Shown here one piece after another: positions 46,201-58,200 of a stretch of 64,000 nucleotides of DNA. Source of the DNA: Phoronis australis. Lineage: Eukaryota; Animalia; Phoronida. The position numbers were made by a program, and so were the translations under genes. The stretch is taken from assembly GCA_002633005.1 (NCBI GenBank), contig NMRA01000016.1:95186-159185 (forward strand), given 5' to 3'. A model generated the notes under the pieces. The model was given only the letters and a program-made list of their open reading frames with translations, had not been told where the DNA came from and searched no databases. Position 1 is the stretch's first letter. Each line of letters opens with the position of its first letter.

Positions 46201-49200
46201 TCATAAAAATCCCAATGTGGCCGGCGTACCCCCGAGGTAACCCGGGGACAGGGGGGAGCCTCTGTCCAATTTTTGAAGTCAACTTCATTTAAATGCCCAT
46301 GTGGTGCGTACCCACACAGTAACTCGGGTATGGGGAACCTCTGCCCATTTTAGGTCATGACAAAACCCATGTTGGCTGACATTCCCTCCAACTTATTACA
46401 TGTAGGTTGCTATATGACCATGGAATGTTAATCATAAATGTTTTTGTTAAGACAAACGTCTTATCTTATAGAACATTATGAAAAGAACGTGTGCATAACT
46501 TGAAAAATAAACAAGTTTGGTCCGTTTAACTGTACTTTTATCAATTGTGGGGGTTGGGAAAAGATAAAGTATTTGTCAAATAAATTTTTAAAAAGGTTAG
46601 AAGTTTTCAGATGCTTTAGACATTTTGGCTAATACCTTTTAAGAGTCTAGCGCCACTTTAGAATGGGAATCAAGACTTGGTGAATGTTTTTGCGTAACCG
46701 TATTCTGCAATTTAATTTTGTGTTGTGAGTAAACTGGTTCAAGACCAATTTCAATAGATCACACCATTACCGAGATTTTCCGAGCTAAGGGAAGCCCCAT
46801 GACTTGCATTAGAAACCAGCGTATCATTTACCATTTTAGTGTCCCAAATATACATGTATGCTCGGGTATACTGTCAGAAACTACGAAAACGAGGCTAATT
46901 CATGAAAACAATTAATTTTGACGATAAGTTTCAACACTTGGTGACAATTAACGAATACAACTTAAGAAGAGTTTCCAGACATTAGCAACGAATGAGTCCA
47001 AGGATGTTATATCGCTTGTATGTACATGCCATCAGAGACGCCATCGCATCGTACAAGTCGTACGAGGTGGGTCACAAATGGCGTTAGCGGGAGAAAGCTC
47101 CTTAACAGTTACTAGGAAAAAGGCGTCAACTGTCACGCAACAAATATCCCTGTACGTGAGAAATTCTTGTTACCACCCGCGATGCGTGCCATGCGTGCTC
47201 AGCTGAAGCTATTTCCAGATTGGAGTGTCAAACATGCATGGTTAACCAAGGTTCACTTAGATGAGGATGTAGACACACCATGTGCAAGCCACAACTGCTG
47301 TTACCTTAATAGACCAGTCAAAATCGTCCAGAGCACTCTGTTGAAATATGCCGAACGGGTTAGACTTGTCCAATTCAAATTCTGTTGTTATAGCATTCGA
47401 TAATCCAAACTCTGAAGAAAAATTGGCATTAAAGGCGAAGGCAACCTTTTTTCATGTCATTTTTAGCAAAAATAAGGTTCTTTGATTATCCCAGATATAT
47501 TTTTCACTTATTTACAGCTTTTCGTAATTTAAATAATTACTCGTCGTCTACTCCGGAAGTGACATTTTGGGAGGCAAGAATTTCGCTCCAATTTCTTTTC
47601 ATATAGTCTGACTGTGAGAGCAGTCGAGTCAGTCATTGTTCTACGTCGGTTGTGAAAAGTTCGGTCGTCGTTTTCATTTGCTTACCGAGTCAGTCAACAT
47701 GCCACGCTGTTGTTGCGTACTGGGATGTACTCATTATCGTCTCACGTACAGAGGAGAGGCTGTCCCACTTGCCCGAGTGTCCCGCGACACACTCCCACTG
47801 GAGGGTGATCTGAGCACCCAAAGTGTTTTACATCCCGTGTGACTCCCTCGCCACACACCTGGCACCTTCTAAATAGCTCCAATAAAAGTCCACAATAAAC
47901 TTATCAAACTTAGGCTCACCGATCTGTTAATTGGATGACGAACTGTCCTCTTCACTGGGTGTGGAACTGGGCCTGTATTCACTCCCACTACTCAACATCG
48001 CTGCACGGCTGATTACAGGCTCTGGGCTAGAGACAACAGCACAGGGCGACATCACTGCTAGTTCCCGGAATTGCACGCTATGGGGTACGTTCGGAGGCAC
48101 GGGTGACAGTAGATGAAGTGCCTCCAGTCACTGTATATAGTGGCCACAGCTCGAGAGGCTTCTCGCTTCGGGAATCATCAGCGACGGTATGGCACCCTTC
48201 TTCAGGCGTTGTTTCACAGGGACCTTCATCAATTCCGCGTACATATCTCTGTCGTAATCTGACGGCAGAAAATGCTTGCCACACACTCGGTAACCCTCCA
48301 CTGCTTTGTACGTTGCGTGGACGGGTAGCGCTGTGCTCTTCACATGAACGAGCTAGCCAAGTACGGCGAAGTGTGTCATCCTTCGTAAAGCAATGCAAGG
48401 TACCCAAAGCGCGTGCGAGCCGATAATGAGTACATTCCGGCACGCAGCAACAGCGTGGCATGTTGACTGACTCCTAAACAAAAGCAAACGACGACCGAAC
48501 TTATCACAACCGACGTAGAACAATGACTGACTTGACAGCTCTCACAGACAGACTATAAAGAAAAGAAATTGGCGCGAAACTCTTGCCTCCCAAAACGTCA
48601 CTTCCGGAGTAGAGGATGAGTAATTAATCAAATTACGAAAAGCTGTAATTAAGTGAAAAATGTCTCTGGGATAATCAACGAACCTTATTTTTTGCTAAAA
48701 GTGACATTAAAAACGAACAATCGTGAAAACAAATAAATCCTATAAACACACTGGTAAAACGTGATTTTGTAAACACTTGCTGACTTTTTATGAGTTATTG
48801 AGCCAGACGGTAAAATCAGCAATCGTAGGTTTGGTGGTAAAGCTACATTATAGACAGGCAGCCTGCTCAAATTACTTACATTGGCCCTACCTTGAACTTT
48901 AAGGAAGTTACCAAGCTAAAATACGCGCTGTTGCTAGGTAATTTTAATTTCAAGTCAAAATCAACATCAAAGGTTTGAGGGCAAATTCGTGTATGCAGTA
49001 GGCAACCTTGCCAAGTTTAGCAGTGATGCTAAGCTAAATTGGGCATTGTCGACAGGCAATTTCACGATGGAAATTATCAGGCTTGAAGAAGCAGGTACTC
49101 TTAATCATCCTCAAATCATTTAAGTGGCACTCCATTGAAACATAGGGGTTTTCAAATTTGAATGAGAACCCTTGCCACGGTAACCAAGCACTAGTAAAAC

Positions 49201-52200
49201 AAGTTGCTCGCGCCACATACCAAATAACTTTGAAGACTTTTACTGCCTTTAATACGTAATACTGTTTTTATTGTCATAACCAGTACGGCATTTTTGAAAA
49301 TCCAAAAGTTTCAACTACTGTACTGTCCAATAACACGGAAATTGCTTTTCAACAATGTAATAACTGCGTAGCGATTATGCAACAGGTATGCAAAAATTAA
49401 CATCTAAAACCAAATATAAATGGCTGCCAATTGTCAAAACTAGTAGCACCATTTTAAAAATTCAGAAATAGCTGTCACGAAAATAACGGTCGACTGCTTC
49501 CTTAACAACACAACAGCTGCTGATTTGAACGATATTGCCAGACTTGTTACTTTACATTCCGGATATTTGGGCTTTCTGATTTAGGTTTATGTCATTCTTT
49601 CCTCCGCACTGCTACATATGGTAAAAGTGTACACCAATCTTCGGAAATATAGTTTGTTCCGTCTTAATTTGCGCTTAGTAAGCAAGAGCTCGCCTTATCT
49701 ACCTTATGTCACACGACACAATGACTTTTTACACCGCTTGAATTTAGGGGTCACCGTCAAATTTTTAACATGGTAGCTGCTGATTATTTGAGGACCACAA
49801 AAGTTATGAGGCGAAGCGACAATTTGCGAAAGCAGTGAAACCAGAAAACACAAAATTGCTGACAAAGTGCGTTGCGAATAGTACTGAATGAATCATATGA
49901 ATTGAACGCGGTTGTCAGACCCGGGGGTTTTCCTGGAAACTTTCACCGATCTCTTCCCGCTCTTCAATTTGTATGAATGTATATGAACACCATTTCATGT
50001 TTACTATGGTATAGTTCAGCTACATGTATGGCTAGGGTTAGAATTTGTAACAACATTTGTGTTACGGAAATCGTCATCGAGTACCAATGAACCTTCTTCG
50101 TCGGTTGAAACAACGGAATGAATCACGTGTAGTCAGTAAGTCAATAACACTGAATTTGAGGAGTGTTGTTGTCCAGATATAATGTTGATTCTGAGCAGTA
50201 ACAATAGGTATTGTATTTACCTATGGTATTCTCGTGAAATGGAAATAAAAAGGTGTTGATATACAACGTGGCCATATGATACTTCATTAATGGGATCGGA
50301 CACGATCGACATCTAGTGTCAACATTAAGTGATAGGGTTGGTGACTAGACTTGTCTCCCTTGTCTTACGTTGTTTTTATGCTTCCTGTCAGTGTGCTAGT
50401 TAGCAAAGATCCATGCTTGGAATAACTTGAATTTGGCGTTGTTTTCGTGAATCACAGCACGTGGCTAGGCAATTATAGGACCGGGACTCCAGTCGTGGTA
50501 TTTTCCACGCCTACAATTTATTTCACGAACAACACATTCTCTCAGATGCAGTGGCAGATTCTCACAACTTACCCACGCGATCGCACAGCGGACCAGTCAA
50601 GTAATAAGGACAATTGCAGATGAAATTGTACCCATCGTTCATATCTACACAACTGTGTTCATCACCGTGCCTGCATGGGGAATGGTCACATCCACCTAAA
50701 TACAGTTCTGCGGTTAACGAGAAACAGTTCTTCTCAGTCGATCGTTGCTCTGGCATTATGTAAGTGACAAACAAGTTGGTTTAGTTTAACGTTTCAGCAA
50801 TCTGGTCCAGGTTATTACCTTATTAATTTTGAAACCAATGACATGACCATTGGCGGATTTAGGGGGAAAGGACCCATGTTACCCCCCCTAAAATTCTCCC
50901 AGATTCCATATTTGTCAGTTCGGGAGTGCAAATGTTTGACGGCAAAATCTCGGCTAATACTTTTCCCTGCCCTCCCAACTAAAAATCCTGGATCTGCCTC
51001 TGATAATCTTTCGGCTCAGACCATGCTTAAAACTTAACCAACTGCGTCGCATTTTTGTGTGCAAATTGTTCGTACGTTTAACAATAAACCGCGCGTCACC
51101 CACTTGGATAATGTTGAGTGAGGTTTTGAGTACAAAGGTTAGCTAAACCCCTGGTCAAATTTACGGTAAAACGGACACAGCATGACATTCACATAAGATA
51201 TAACAAATACTGACACGTACAGTTTTTAAAACATAACTAATGATATGTAGAGAACTCAGTTATCTTAGCGAGGACGCCATCTGCAGGATATTTTCTTACC
51301 TCGATAACATAAACCTGTTCGTAATTGGAAATCATCTACTCCGATGTCACTTCTGTAGTTATCTCCCTTTGTTGCCGTAATATATATCTGAAATTAGAAT
51401 TAGTCCATTCATAAGCAAAGAGGCGCGTTTCCTCGCGTCTGCAACTATTTTTCAAATTAAGTTTCGAAGGAATTATCGACCTTGTGACATCTTTCATGGA
51501 GTACCAGATTCGACTAACACGTCTAAAATCATAACCTCGAGCATTTGGTCACTTTTTGTCCCAGGCATAGGGTTTATACATACACCACTCGTTCAACAAC
51601 GCAAAATTTGCAACTGCACACATGCAGTGCTCTAATTATTCTTCATCATTGACCGAAAATCTAACCCACAATTATGCATAAAATTCAAATTCTTTTTAAA
51701 ATTACGACTTCAATGTTTACTGACTCAGGTGGTTACAGTAGAAGACAATTCATGTAGTTACATAGTCTGTTAGATTTGGAAAACAAAACAACATTGGGGT
51801 TAATTGTAATTTTATTGTTCTTTTGGGCCACTCCACCTTTGTTGATAGAATGAGTGACAAGTACCTTGGTCGTGTTCTGAGGGATGGCCACCTTGGCGGT
51901 ATGCCACATACGACCTTTGTTGCCATCTTTGTACCACAACAGCTGCGACCCCATGAGAGTGTTGTGTACGTCAACCTGCAATCGGCCCATCGTGTTACCA
52001 TACATGTGATATGAGAACTGCAGGCACATTTCTACATCTGTCGGAGAAATAAACAACTGATTAAGTACTTGAAACCAATTTGATAATGCGCATGAGACCA
52101 AATCTCGTTAAAATGTCATTTGATTGCAAACAATTGACACTGTCTGTGTTGCCCTCATAATCATCTGTGGTCAAATGCAAGAACCTGTTGATATCCTTCC

Positions 52201-55200
52201 CGCCTCAATGTGCTCATGTAATCGTACAACTCAATTGACCAATCAGCGTTTAAGCAATTGTCAAAGTACATGAGCTTTGATAGATACCTGGCAATGACAC
52301 AAGAGTCTCCAGTACGGCTTTGTCACCAGGTAATGTGGGTAAAGAAGCTTCAAGGAAGACATATTCCAACCTGCTTGACGCATAGTCTGGACCAGTACCG
52401 GAAGACGGTGTGTGCCCCTTAAGTTAAAAAAGTTAAAAAAAAAACTATCAAAAGTAGACTGGTCCATTATTACGGTATGAGGACTATAAAATTATTTCAA
52501 ATATCCTGATTTAAATATCTTTGGTACGTCTACGCTAAGAACGCACTTGGCGAAAAGGAGCAAACAAAGCAAAACTTGGGCATTGAAAAACGTTATACTT
52601 GGATCACTTAATTGACCTTCAGTTCAACGACCCACTTCATGAAAACTGTTCTTACATTATCAAAATTTAATGAACTCAAATCTTTGACGAATTAAAAGAC
52701 CCAAAATTTATCTGTACAGATATTTTTTATCATTTCGTTTTAACTGCTTACAAGAAGTTTCAGCCCACGAATAAATTCGTGTCGGTCCTGCCGAAACCTG
52801 TAGGTGTTTAGGCAACAGCGAAGTCTAGTTCGTCTTAAGTAGCTTTCATGTAACAGACTTGCAGGATTCACGTTGCGTTACATTCGTGCGCACATTGTGT
52901 TAACTGCAAGTGACCTATAATTCCTTGAGCAAATTGGAATTTGACGAAGTCAATGGAAAGATAAAACAAAGATCAACTTACACCAATTAAATGAATCCAT
53001 TCAACATTTCCCGACATCGACTGGCCAAGGCATTCACAGGGTGGACCTCCGATGCTTTCGAAGTCACATTTGCAGACATCTGAAAACCTTTACTATCAAA
53101 ACTTGCACAGGTTAGAAACACGTACTGTACATGTAGACATTCACTCATCTCGTTCACAGTCCGTGCAGGCAAATACACTTGACAACACTTCGTCTGGTAA
53201 GAAACCCATTCATACTTTTAGCAAACACACACCACACAGTTGCAAACTTGAGTAGAATAAGAACATTACCGGCTGAAGAGGGAGCAAAACCCTGTACTCG
53301 TATAGAATATATCTACCTATCACAATCGGTAGTCCACACCTGCCCGGATACGTGGTCACGTTGTCCAATGCCAGATCACCTTTGCTACCTCTTCTTGTGT
53401 ATTTGAATACCATCTGAAAATGTAAACCCACGTAGGTGAGCTCTAGAGCACGTTTGTATCTTTTCTTATCTTGTAGCAGGCTGTCTTATTGGATTACCTT
53501 TCAATTTACATTTAGGGGAGAGGGCAGGGCACAGTATTGGCCAGGACTTTGCCCCTCAGACATTCGCACTCCCGAACTAACAAATGGAGTGTGGTAAAAT
53601 TTAGGGGGCCATGGCATTCTTGCCTCCCCCCTTCCTAAATCTGCCACTGCTTATAGCTCTATTTGGGTATCGTGTGAGTAGCTTCCGCGCCTGTAGCGGC
53701 AGCGTTATTAGCTCATAAGGAATATAATCTATGTTGGATTGGATTAGAGTTAGAGGGCTTCTCATAATAAGGGCAATGGAAGAACGTCAATTTATTTGAG
53801 CAAAAACCTTCAATTAAAGTGTTGGTATAACATCGCGACTTAATCCACGTTTGGAGACATATGAATTATGTGACGAATACATGGGCGCATGTTTAATAAT
53901 ATATGGATACCTTCTGTATGGAATACGCCTGTATACGTCGTATTTCTCTGGAGTTGCCGGTAATTTAGTGCATACACCACATTTTTGACGGGTGGCTCAC
54001 ACGCCCAACCCTCCATTTGGTGTACGTACATCACGTGATGGCCGAGACAAGTTACTTAATGTATGCAGGGAGAAAACAACAGCAAGCCGTGGAAACGGTG
54101 CAGTGCGACTTACCAGCACATGTGAACTATTTTCCAGCCATACCAGGATCTTGTCAAACAAACGAGATCCCAATTGTTTCCCCAACAAATCCCCATTTAG
54201 AGTTTCACACCAAGATATTTCTTGAGACCGCATTTCTCACACCGCAAAGCTTATTTTTGTGAATTCGCAACAGGTGGCAAAGGCATAATTTTTGTGCTCA
54301 CCTACGCCAAAAAAACCGACTTTATTTCTGTCTATGTTGAGACCGAAGACCAAAATCTGGGCTCCGATTCACGAAACCATTTTGGTCATAACTTAAACCG
54401 AAATATCAATGCTGTTAACCTGTCACATGTCATGTCGCGCTTGTTGAACACTGAAGTTGAAGTCATTCCAATAATCAAATTGCAGAACTAGACTTTCATG
54501 AAACGGAGCCTAGATTTTTTTGTGAAACATAGTTTTTGAAATTGTGTCTTCCATCATAACTCATTTCGAATTTTGATCTTAATTTTGAGAATTTTTGTCT
54601 CACATTTTAAGTTATAAGTCGCTTTTCATGAAACGGACCTTAAGGCGTACCTCACCGACAACGTATATTTATTAGGGAGTACTGGGATATATCGGTACAT
54701 TATCGCCATCTAACGGATGGAATCGAAGGCGTGCTCTTTCAGCTGTTCAATTGTTGGATTCATTATGCTAGAAACACCAGTGAGCCACCGTCCATTGCAG
54801 ATATTTCACAAATCTCCAACAACCATACATTTATTTTCTCTAAGTATTAATGGCCTCATGCTGTAGTATCCCATTCTGTCGGGTGGGGTCTCTGACGGTC
54901 ACCTCAACGTCCAACTGAAGTACAAGTAGTTGGGGTTTTCCTGAGATCTGCCTCAATTCAATCTATTCCTTGAAGTACGTCGTGGTGGAGGGAAAGAGGA
55001 CGCTTTCGAAATAAGGCAATTTCTAAGGTGACCTTAGCCGAAGACTAACTTGGCAAGGTGCATAGTACAAAAGGTCTGCCTGAAAAACCTCCATTACCAC
55101 TAATTCCAGTGTGCTTAACTCAGAGAATGATTTGACTTGCTCGTCCCGTGTTAGAGAACAGCAATAACAGGAAAAGTTCCGTGCGTTTGCTATGATGTCT

Positions 55201-58200
55201 AATGGTTGAGGACAGAAAGATGTCAGTAGAGGTTCAAAGTTCGTCAACTGTGAGGCCTTTAAACAGCAAGAAAAATTACGCCTAAAAGAAGACATTTCAT
55301 GTGCTTTATTAAAACGTCCAACGCTTTATAAATACGCCACAGGTGCGCCCAAAATTGAAAAAGCGTTAACATTTTAACGTATGACAACGTTTTAGAGAAA
55401 GTTTGACACTTTGGTATGCGCTAAGTGAGACTGTGTCACTGTGGCGGCTCTGTTTATGGTGTGACAGGGTTCTTATAGACTTGAGAAAACATAGGTGTAC
55501 TCACTCTACACTGAGTGGTGCTGAACGGTATATTAATTTGTTCGCGTTTCCAATCGTTGCCTTGGTTTCCACTCCTTGAAAAGATAGTTCGTGAAGGTTT
55601 TGATGCGTTTTTGCATTCGACGATGACGTCAAAGTCACCCATCGTTGATCCATACATGTGATAGTGGAATTCCAAGCATCTCCCGTTGTTCATAGCTACA
55701 AGATAAAATCTTTAAATAATTTTCAGGAGAAGTGGTCTCAGGCGTGTGTTCCGTAGACGCAAGATCCTCGCGAAAACGAAAAAACCTTCGCCAGATATCG
55801 CCTTGTGATCATAATAGCTTTCTTCGCCAGACTCTTGCGTTTACAGAACCCAACCCGAAGCTTCAAGAAAAGGAGTAGGCCCGTACGAATTATCTTCAGG
55901 AACGGGTGCTCTATGCTGTAAAAATTATTATGATCATGCTGTCAAAGGAGCGACACGTGGGTTCTCATTGACATTTCCGGATACTTTGAAGGAAACAGGT
56001 TTGCCTAAATCATAAAAGGCATACAAGCGGCGTTTCTTTGGTCGTGTACAGTGTACGTAGGGTCTTGCTTCTTCTAATTTTCCTTTCACCCAAAAAGTTT
56101 CGTATCAACGAATGCACAACGGACAATGAAAAATCATCATTTTTAGATTTCACTTACGTAAGTACTTTGATCCAAGCTTTATTATATCGCCTTTCTTTAA
56201 AGGGTATGACGCTTCAACATAGGCGTAGTGATCTGACTGGAATCCGCCAACAGGTCCGGTACCGAAAGTAACAGTGCCACCCTGCAATGTAGTCATGAAC
56301 AAGATTCATACTGAGCAAACCACATTTTTCGGTAGGTGCATGCGCATCCAAGACGAGCCGCCCCGACACCTGGTGTATATTTTATTGTATGTGTTTTATG
56401 TACCGCATGACTCGAGTTCTCCCTCTTAATTACGTCTACCTCTATGCTTGAGGAGATCCATGTAGCCAATGGTGACCCGGGAAAAAAGCGTGCTGTTGTT
56501 TGAGCCACTCTTTCACCACCCCACCCCACACCACCCCAGCTACGAAGTCGGTTTTAACCTGTGTCACTTACCTTCTGTCTTCGCCAGTCCGCATCATCGT
56601 CGTCTAAATTTTCCAAGAAACCGAACGATTTTTCGAAGTCTGCCACCATTTTCTTATTTTTCACTGAAATACAACATCGAAATAGTCTCTGCTTTGAACA
56701 GTGCAAATGGTCAAGTGCTTGAAATACATCGGACATGCGCACATGCAGTCCACATAGTAAGACCCGTTGCACGAAACACCTTAATTGACGCTCGTGAGAA
56801 CCCTCATGTGCTTATTTTTGCCAGACTCTTCCACAGAGAGATTGAAGAAGACCGTATCTACGAGAACCACCTTTTTCCACAACTGATACTTGACGTTTGG
56901 TCCAATTAACGTTAACTTTACAGACAGCGTCCACGGTCACCACTGCGTTCGCTTGACTGGTCATCTCATGTCATCGCCTCCCCAGCAAAGTATAGTCTCG
57001 TGAACCCCCAGGAATACACGTATCCGTATGTAATGCTCTATTCACATTATTTTGCGATTCTATGAGACTTGGCAAATTTAGAATGACAGGTTCGGAAAAA
57101 ATAACAGAGTAACAAACCTGGGTCTTTGCATCTTGGTCCCGTAAAGAAAGGAGGACATTCACATTTAAACGTCCTCTCTTGGGTAATGTAAATACATGTG
57201 GATGCCCCAAAACAAGGATTCGACAGGCATGGGTCTGTAACAGCAGGTAAAAAGTTGTGAGATGCCTAGTGCAAAATGCAACAACAGTTTCGTGAGAAAA
57301 TAAGTCCTCCTCGAGCCGAGGCCAGCTGCTGAACTCTGTTTCAGTAGCGGGAGTACGATGAAGGTCTTTAAGTGCACCTGGACGAGACGCTAGCCCAAAG
57401 CAGGTTAAACTTACTATGCAGCTGAGATTGGTTATGAGCTGAATCGATTGGAATAATGAAAGACTTACATGTATCAACAAGTCCACATATCACGTGGGAC
57501 CGAGTACTAGTGGCCTCTAGAGGACGAAAAGGCAACTTTAAACTTTCGATCAAAACACACCAAATCCTTTGACATACAGTGTAAAAGAGAAGTAAAATAA
57601 TGTGCTCCCCTATGGCACCCGCTGCGAAACGGATTGTGATGGTAAACTTGGTGGCGCTAAGAGTAACTGGTCCCGTGCCATCAGCACCAGTTGTTTCCTG
57701 AAAGAATCCCAATGAGGCCACGCGCCTTGATCAAGGGAACAAATGTGCGACACAGCAGCAGAAGCCAGGTTCTACATCAACGTCCTAACGATTCAGAGTT
57801 CACCAAATTAACTCCTCTGGCTTTCAAACGATTATCGTCATTATAAATGACGGTTTAAAGAATCATGCTGCCATTTGATCAATGAATTTGGCACATTTGA
57901 ACCTTTTTAGTCGATATTGATAAAAACGAAAGTTCTAGTTAAAAAATCAACATTTCTTCAAACCGGGAATTTCGATGCAATGCATGTATGATTTGAAACC
58001 ACTTTTTCCTTAGTTTTAATATTGTTCCTGGCATTATCGTTCTAATCAAATGGCAAACTGTTATGAACTGGCTCCCTTGACAAAAATAGATCGGCTAGCA
58101 TCTACACCACCAGTATTAGAGCCGAGAAAGTGAAAGATTACCACGTCCCTCAGTCCAGTAGATGTTTTCTGAACTTGCTCACTGCACCAAAATGACTCTT

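Noticed and set aside
56513-56538. GGGGT-like runs on the minus strand (possible G-quadruplex) near a gene B donor site
   Set aside because: Short low-complexity tract with only three full G-runs; no evidence of function
57368-57721. 117-aa minus ORF, and plus-strand PYGTRCETDCD EGF-like fragment
   Set aside because: No phase-compatible open exon; an in-frame stop precedes the plus-strand motif
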